Below are positions 57,031 to 64,000 of a stretch of DNA of 64,000 nt, in pieces. Under the pieces are notes generated by a model, which saw nothing but the letters and a program-made list of their open reading frames with translations, searched no databases and was not told the DNA's origin. Numbering within the stretch: position 1 is the stretch's first letter; each line of letters starts with the position of its first letter. The DNA is taken from assembly GCA_964016885.1 (NCBI GenBank), contig OZ024745.1, positions 17,360,001 to 17,424,000 of the forward strand, given 5' to 3'. The stretch is from Eledone cirrhosa. Its lineage: Eukaryota. The position numbers and the translations under genes are program-made.

Positions 57031-59140
57031 TATCATCATCAATTTTCATGTTTTCCATGTTGGCCTGAGTTAGACAGGTTGTTATAACCCCAGACTAGAC
57101 AAGTTGGTGTGACATGAACTTATATATGTTTTTCTATTTACTTTATACTGTTATATACACATGGTGATGTTATCAGAGGAGAACAAAGTATTCATAATTT
57201 ACAGATGAATATAATAGAGGTGTTTTCATATGTGGACATGTATTTATCACTCTTCAACATAATATCAAATAAAATATACATACTCTCGGGTCCTAAATAA
57301 TTGGGGGAGGGGAGCAATCAGTGATTTTTCTAGGTTGTCTCCATTGATTTATTTTAAAAACCAGAATTATAGTTTAGATATTGAGACGACAACCCATCCT
57401 ATTTATTTTATAACGAATGGGATTTCTAGTAATGTCCTTTGTTGGTCATGTATGTTTTTTAATATATAAAGATAAATAATTCTCGCACTACCACATAAAA
57501 TAAAATTTTGCCAGAAATTTAATAAGCGGGAGTAGGGAGAGAAAGAGAGTGGGGTGGAAAAAAATCTGAAAAATTAATAAGCAGAGGGGTGGGAGGATTA
57601 TTCGAGACCCGAGAAAAGGTGCAGAGAAATTGAAGGCAGTCTTAATGAAAATAAATAGAGGTGTTTTCATATATTAACATATGTTTATCATTCTTGACCA
57701 ATAATACAGAGAAATTGAAGGCAGTCTTTAAGGATATGGCAGGTGGTGGTGGTGGTGTGTGGAGGTGTGTGTGTATGTGTGTGTGTGTGTGGGGGGGGGG
57801 GGTAAGAAGTTGGTCATTCTGAGTTTAGTATGTCACCATGGCATGAAAACGAGTCTAAACTTAAACTTTAATTCATGCTGAAGTTGAGGAAGGCAGACAG
57901 GGAGGAAATTTGCTGATTGATTGGCCACAGAATACTAAATAGTCAGCATTGTTTTTATTTGATAGAGAATACATTGATATGTTAGATATTTTAGAGAAAT
58001 AGTCATATTCGGTGGGTAAGTAGCTGAACATTTCACAGATACATGTGCCCTTAATGTAATTCTCAGTGTGAGATTCAGCATGACGGTGTGTGACACGGTT
58101 GCACTATTCAATTACAGGTATAACTAATTGTTTTCCAGTTGAGTGGATTGGAGTAACATGAAATAAAGTGCCTTGCCAAACACTCTAACCACTAAGCAAT
58201 ACACATGCACTGTGGTGATTGGATGGTTGTAAACACAAAAGCCTTCCCTGGTGAGGAATGTACCTCCCAACATAACTTAGTTGTCAACAACCTCATTGTC
58301 AGAACTAGAGTTATTTGGAAACAGATGGCAGTGGTGGTGGTAGTAGTAGTAGTAAAAAAAAACCTTTGGAAGAGTCGCACTTGATCAACAAGTAAATTGA
58401 TGCGGTGGAATTATGTCGGTAACTAGATCACAAAAGTGTGAGAAAAAATTCAAACATCCACAAGAGAGAAAAAAGGTACAAAATGAATACAAAATGTACA
58501 GAATGGATCTTCCACAGTATAATAATAATAATGAGACAAACAATTCCATATGGTTAATATTAACTCTTAACATCTTGTAATGATTTATCAGAAAATGCTT
58601 AAAAACAGGTTTGCTAATTCAAATGTCTATAGTATTTTTACTACTGGACAGATTGTTGTGAAAACTTATAGTATAAGAGTAAAAGATTTAATTTTCAATG
58701 TGATGCAGTCATATTGCTGTTTTGTACTTTTCAACAATGTCTCTTGTTAATGTAGTTTTATGTGGTCAAGGATGTTAAAATATCAGATATCTATAAAAAA
58801 TATATCTCATATTATCATACCCATGAGGAAGATGAGATGATACCCATGAGGAAGATGAGATGTTATAACATTAAAGTGACATTATCAAATATCTATAAAA
58901 ATATTTAACCATTTCTGTCTATGTTTTTTAAAAACTAAATTTCTCATTATCAAGTTAGTGTTTGGAATAATTACTTATCTAATTATAAACATATTGTGGA
59001 ATGTACACACTTTAAAACAAATAACTTTGTATCATAAAACCAAACACAGATTTAGATAATTTTGTATGAAAAGGTTGAAACAGTATCATATGTAGTATAA
59101 AGATATCCACGAGGAAGTTAGAACAATTTTAAAATAAAAT

Positions 59141-59995
59141 TTAGTACTTAGTACTAAATAATGTAGATTGCTTATCAAACTTGTCACATTCCTCTTGGAA
59201 TCTTTCATTTTGAGCAACTGTGAACCAATTCCTCCAGTCTCCAACAATACCTTTGTGAAAAAGAGATTCAGTAGAAGATCGACAAATGCCAGGTATAGGT
59301 TTTTGCCTGCCTTCATTTTGGAAAAATTGCATTTTTCAACGATATCTTCAATAAGTTGGTCATTTTTAGGAAGCCCTAAAAACTCAGCCACTTTAACCAC
59401 ATTGCTCAGAGGATTCTTTTTAAGATCTTCATATTTAACTATTAGTATGGGTAGTTCAGGGTGGTTTTTAATATCTTTCTCCCACTGAAGCATATATTCA
59501 AACCATTTACCATAATCCAATTTGCCATCTAAAAACATTTCCAAAAGATCTTTCCAATCTCCATCATAATGATGCATTATATTGAACTGAAATATATGAT
59601 GGTAGGCTGAGACAGCAATATCACGAGGGTTACGAGTCATGAAGATCGTTTTAGGTTTTTTGGTAAATATTTGGTGTGGTAAATGATGCAGGAAGAGATA
59701 ATTGTTTAACACTCTGGATGATGGAAGTTTGTCAAGTTGATCTTTGTCTGCCAATTCCAACATCGCAACACTTTTGTCTTCAGGGTCATACTCAGCTGAA
59801 CCTTTCAGCAACATTCCACATATTTGAAACAAACCCAGTGACAACCAGCTTTCATGTAGCCAAGAAGAAATACATCATCATCTCTTACAGGTAAATCTGG
59901 AAGATTTTCAAGACATTCTCCAGCATTTGGGAATAGTGGTACCAAAAATCCATTGTAGTCATAACTGAGGATTTGACATCCAGCACGATTTTTGT
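59141..59995 (-). pseudogene. Cytosolic sulfotransferase (SULT family) coding exon with two frameshifts
   Basis: VRDDDVFLLGYMKAGCHW (5'-PSB), RNPRDIAVSAYHH (3'-PB), [32 protein letters not shown]; frameshifts at about 59833 and 59301; no in-frame ATG upstream. Confidence 0.85.
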
Positions 59996-60049
59996 AGAAA
60001 GGGTAAAGGAAAAGAGAGTGGTCTATTTAAACTACAGAGCTATTTAGTT

Positions 60050-60274
60050 ATGTAATAAACAACATAAGACAATAATTCCATTTACCAAAGGTTTCACGAA
60101 GACAGACGAGCTCAACACAGATGTCTGAAATCGGTCATCAGAATAAAAGTTATGAAAATTAAAATAAATTTTTTTATTTTCATTCTGATGGGCGATTTCA
60201 GACGCTTGTTTTGAGCTCGTCTGTCTTCGTGAACCCTTTAGTACTTGGAATAATTGTCTTATGTTGTTTATTAC

Positions 60275-60277
<3 letters not shown>
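60050..60277. mobile_element. Fold-back with HHR motif (60080-60144, minus)
   Basis: 60050-60144 is inverted relative to 60182-60277; att-CTGATGA-long stem II-GAAA-cc ttt gg-TA-aat. Confidence 0.7.
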
Positions 60278-60356
<79 letters not shown>

Positions 60357-60417
60357 ATAAATCAACGGAGCCATAGACTCTCGCTATTCCCTGTCATTAA
60401 CGTGCTCAAAGGAGGTG

Positions 60418-60495
<78 letters not shown>

Positions 60496-61058
60496 TGCTG
60501 GAGGCCTATAGAGACAGCTATATACTTTCAAGACCGTGGCACGACATGATCAACTGAAACCTGTAATAGAATGAAAGAGTACCAGAATTAACAATGCAAA
60601 CCCATATAAGTGTGCCGTCTATGAAACAAAATTATAATTACGATAAAAAATTCAGTCATAATTATAATTTGATAGAATATCAAAACATACATTAAATCTA
60701 ATTGTTTTATAAGATTGTTTGGCAAAATGGTTTAATTGGATTTTGTATGACCAGATCTTTACCATCTCTAAAATCAATAGAAATGTTGTTGATGAAATAG
60801 AGATTCAGTGAATACTAATAGATACAATTTTAATGAACTTTGGTTTGATATTAATATTCTTTCATTCTTAATATGATTTCAGTTACTGGACTATAGCAAG
60901 ATGTACCAAATCATAATCAACTATGTTGACACTAACTGCTTGTTCAGTTTGTTAAATTATCGATGTATATTTATCGTATGGTAAGTTAACTCGACATATG
61001 TATGCTGAAGCTACGAGCTCGACACCAACTTAGATAGACACATATTCACATATTCAGA

Positions 61059-61113
<55 letters not shown>

Positions 61114-61190
61114 GTGTGTAAGTCCTGAATTTCCTGATAATTTATTTTGAATGAAACGGTTCTAGTCCTGTAGGAGACATTTCTATATTA

Positions 61191-61260
<70 letters not shown>

Positions 61261-61265
<5 letters not shown>

Positions 61266-64000
61266 ATATTAATAAATGGAAACTATATTTATAAAACCAT
61301 AATTATTTTATTATATATATTTCAAGGGCAACCATGGCAGTCTTGGAGCGCTTTCATAAGATAAAATACAAGATTTGTTTCATAAATATTGACATAACCG
61401 TGGAAAAATAACCTTGACGGTTGAAAGTTCGCTGGATAGTGGAGACATTTTTTATTGAGGGTATTTCAAAGTTCTGTGTGAGTATGCAAATGAATGTCTG
61501 AAAAATTGAAAAAAAACAACCGTTTATTTAAATTATACTGTTGGAAGGAAGAAGAGAGAGAAAAGAGAGAGAGAAACAAGAAAGAGAGAAAATAATATTA
61601 TTATACGTGGAGTTAGAGTGAAGAAAGAAAGTGAAGAAAGAAAGAGCGAAGAAATAAGCTTATCCGAGTTTGAGTTTGTATATCGTAAATACGTCATATG
61701 TTTATGTTAGATAATTATGTTACGTATATTTACTAATAATTGTTAGATTCTATTATAAGTATATAGAAAGTTAGATATATAGGAAAAATAAAGATAAAAA
61801 TTATACAAAACATCAAATTCAAGAATAAGATTATACAAAAAAAAGATAAAGATTATACAAAACATCAAATTCAAGAAAAAACAATTTGTAGGCCTGGAAT
61901 ACCCTAAAGGCCTTAAGAATAATATAGAAAATCTTGAAAAAACTGAGAAAATTCTCGTTAAATCTGACAAAACCAACAAGCTATATGGAATGCAAAAGGA
62001 CGAATATAATAATCTTATATTGAAGGAACTAAGGAAAAACTACAAGAGAACAACCAATGATGACCTTGAAATGCTAAACAGAGAAGCTTCCGATATAATT
62101 CATAAATTATGCTCGAAAATAGGACCGAACCCTTTATACCTAGAAAACAAAAAATTAATTTGAAAGACCACAAAAGAAATTTGAAATAGAATTGCCAGTT
62201 GGACTTATAGCACCATATAAATCAGACTTAGGTATAGTTAGTAAACATATATTAGATAGAATCATACCGCAACTTAAAGAAATATCATACTTAAAACTTT
62301 GGAACGGGACTAATGAAGTTATAGATTGGTTCAATAACATAAAATATAAGCATAACAAAAAATTCATTCAATTGGATATTGCAAATTACTACACATCTAT
62401 CACTCCTAATTTACTTAATAAAGCCCTTATCTATGCATATCAATATACTGATTTATCTAGCGATGAAATGCATATCATTTTAACTGTACGGAAAACCTTA
62501 ATTAAATTTAACAACCATCTTTGGACCAGAGCTGATAGAGATAATAATTTCGATATCACTATGGTGTCACCAAGCGCAATTAACATATATTGTGGGGCTT
62601 TTTATTAACAATGCATTACATAGAAAACTACCGGAGATCACCGGTGGTTTATATCGTGATAATATGCTGCTGTTAATTGAAAATAATAATAATTGTGAAA
62701 TCAATAGAAAAAGAAAATCAATAATACAATTTTTTAATAGCTAAAATCTTAAGTTAGAGATAGAGAATAATTATAAAATTGTTAACTTTTTGGACGTAAC
62801 ATTAAAGCTTAATACTGGGCTATACTATCCATTCCATAAAATTAATGAGAATTTAAATTATGTTAACTTTAACTCTAATCATCCTAGATCTGTTAAGAAG
62901 ACTATCGTAAATTCAGCGAATAAAAATATATTTGAAGATAAGGCACAATATTATAACGAAGCTTTAAGTAGAGCAGGCTATAATAATTTGTTTCTACTTT
63001 TAGCACAAGGCCAGCAAATACCCAGTGCATTACTGGTACTTTATTTTATCGACCCCGTAAGGGTGAAAGGCAAAGTTAACCTCGGCGGGATTTGAACTCA
63101 GAATGGCAAGGGCTGTAACTCCATGCGTCAAAGCATAGCGTCCGACCCTCTACCGATACTGCCAATGAAATTAAATACATCGACAATAATAATAAGGCAA
63201 TTAACCATGATATTAAACATAATATTAATTATAATTATAATTATAATAAGAAACCTAGCATAAACTCTAAAACTAAAAGAAGAAATAGAACTAGAAACAT
63301 AATATGGTATGCTCCTCCATTTTCACTAACTATTAAAACACCTTTAGCTAAACTATTTTTTAAAGCTCTTGATAAATGTTTTCCCAAGGCACATATATAT
63401 TATTCAATCTTTAACAGATATACAATTAAACTATCTTACTCCACTACTATGAATTTAGCACATGATATGAATAGAATCAATAATAACAATCTAAACCTTA
63501 ACCAGAATAGCACTAATACCTCTAGAATTATCCAATATAATAATACTGTTCCGAATAATATAAATTCTGATAAATGTAATTGTAGAATTAAATCTAACTA
63601 TTCTTTAAAAAGTCACTGTTTAGTCTATAAATGCAATGTCAAAACTAATGATAATATTTTTAACTATGTAGGCTCAACTTCTACAGACTTTAAATCCCGT
63701 TTCAATAACCATAAATGCTCGTTCAACTTCTTAAAAATCTTCAACTTCTCTATCCAGCTTGATAGGGAACCTAAAATACAAAAATATAGACTATTCTTTA
63801 TCTTGGAATATAATTTCAGAGGCACCTGCTTACGATAACCCAGCTTTATCCAAATTTTGCAATTTCTGTGTTGAAGAAATTTTCTTGATACTTAAATGTA
63901 AGAACTCCATTAATTTGCGTAATAATTTATTTAGTTCTTGTAAACATCGCCAAAATTCAACTTTTAGATATATATATATAATATAATTACACGTTTAATC
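61261..64000 (+). mobile_element. Decayed Naiad-type PLE preceded by an inverted family C arm; runs off the window
   Basis: Broken ORF at about 61850-63975 (KSDKTN, FIQLDIANYYTSI, GGLYRDN, FLDVTL, WYAPPFS, CNC, YVGST, CNFC, CKH); 61261-61440 is a family C terminus in antisense. Confidence 0.88.
62984..63166 (-). mobile_element. OK/Nin-like SINE inserted in the PLE ORF
   Basis: Full copy interrupting ...ALSRAGYN / EIKYID... Confidence 0.85.

Noticed and set aside
56135-61885. Small local tandem duplications (about 56135-56260, 58818-58862, 61790-61880)
   Set aside because: Ordinary slippage-type duplications with no further structure.

Overview
AT-rich, microsatellite-laden eukaryotic DNA, most likely from an octopod cephalopod (inferred from many copies of a tRNA-derived SINE resembling the octopus OK/Nin-domain family). 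The only host-gene sequence I can support is a frameshifted cytosolic sulfotransferase exon at about 59.1-60.0 kb (-). The window is dominated by Penelope-like retroelements (PLEs). One young copy with an intact ORF (46371-51401) encodes a 717-aa RT + CxCx5Cx5C linker + GIY-YIG protein of Naiad type and has a 1542-bp inverted arm. At least seven decayed PLE copies from other families are also present. Between them lie about a dozen short ORF-less fold-back or partially tandem elements inserted in (TA)n tracts, most carrying type I hammerhead ribozyme (HHR) motifs; two PLE families use the covariant U3:A8 core. Two patterns stand out: the inverted arm starts at a fixed, family-specific TA-like site about 60-120 nt inside the 3' end and downstream of the HHR (twin-priming-like), and several ORF-less units of about 500 nt read through a head-to-tail junction (retrozyme-like). 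Also present: a head-to-tail Helitron-like pair with a 23-aa-repeat coding relic, mariner-like MITEs and RTE-like LINE remnants. Everything was read by eye, so boundaries are approximate and no folding or database search was run.
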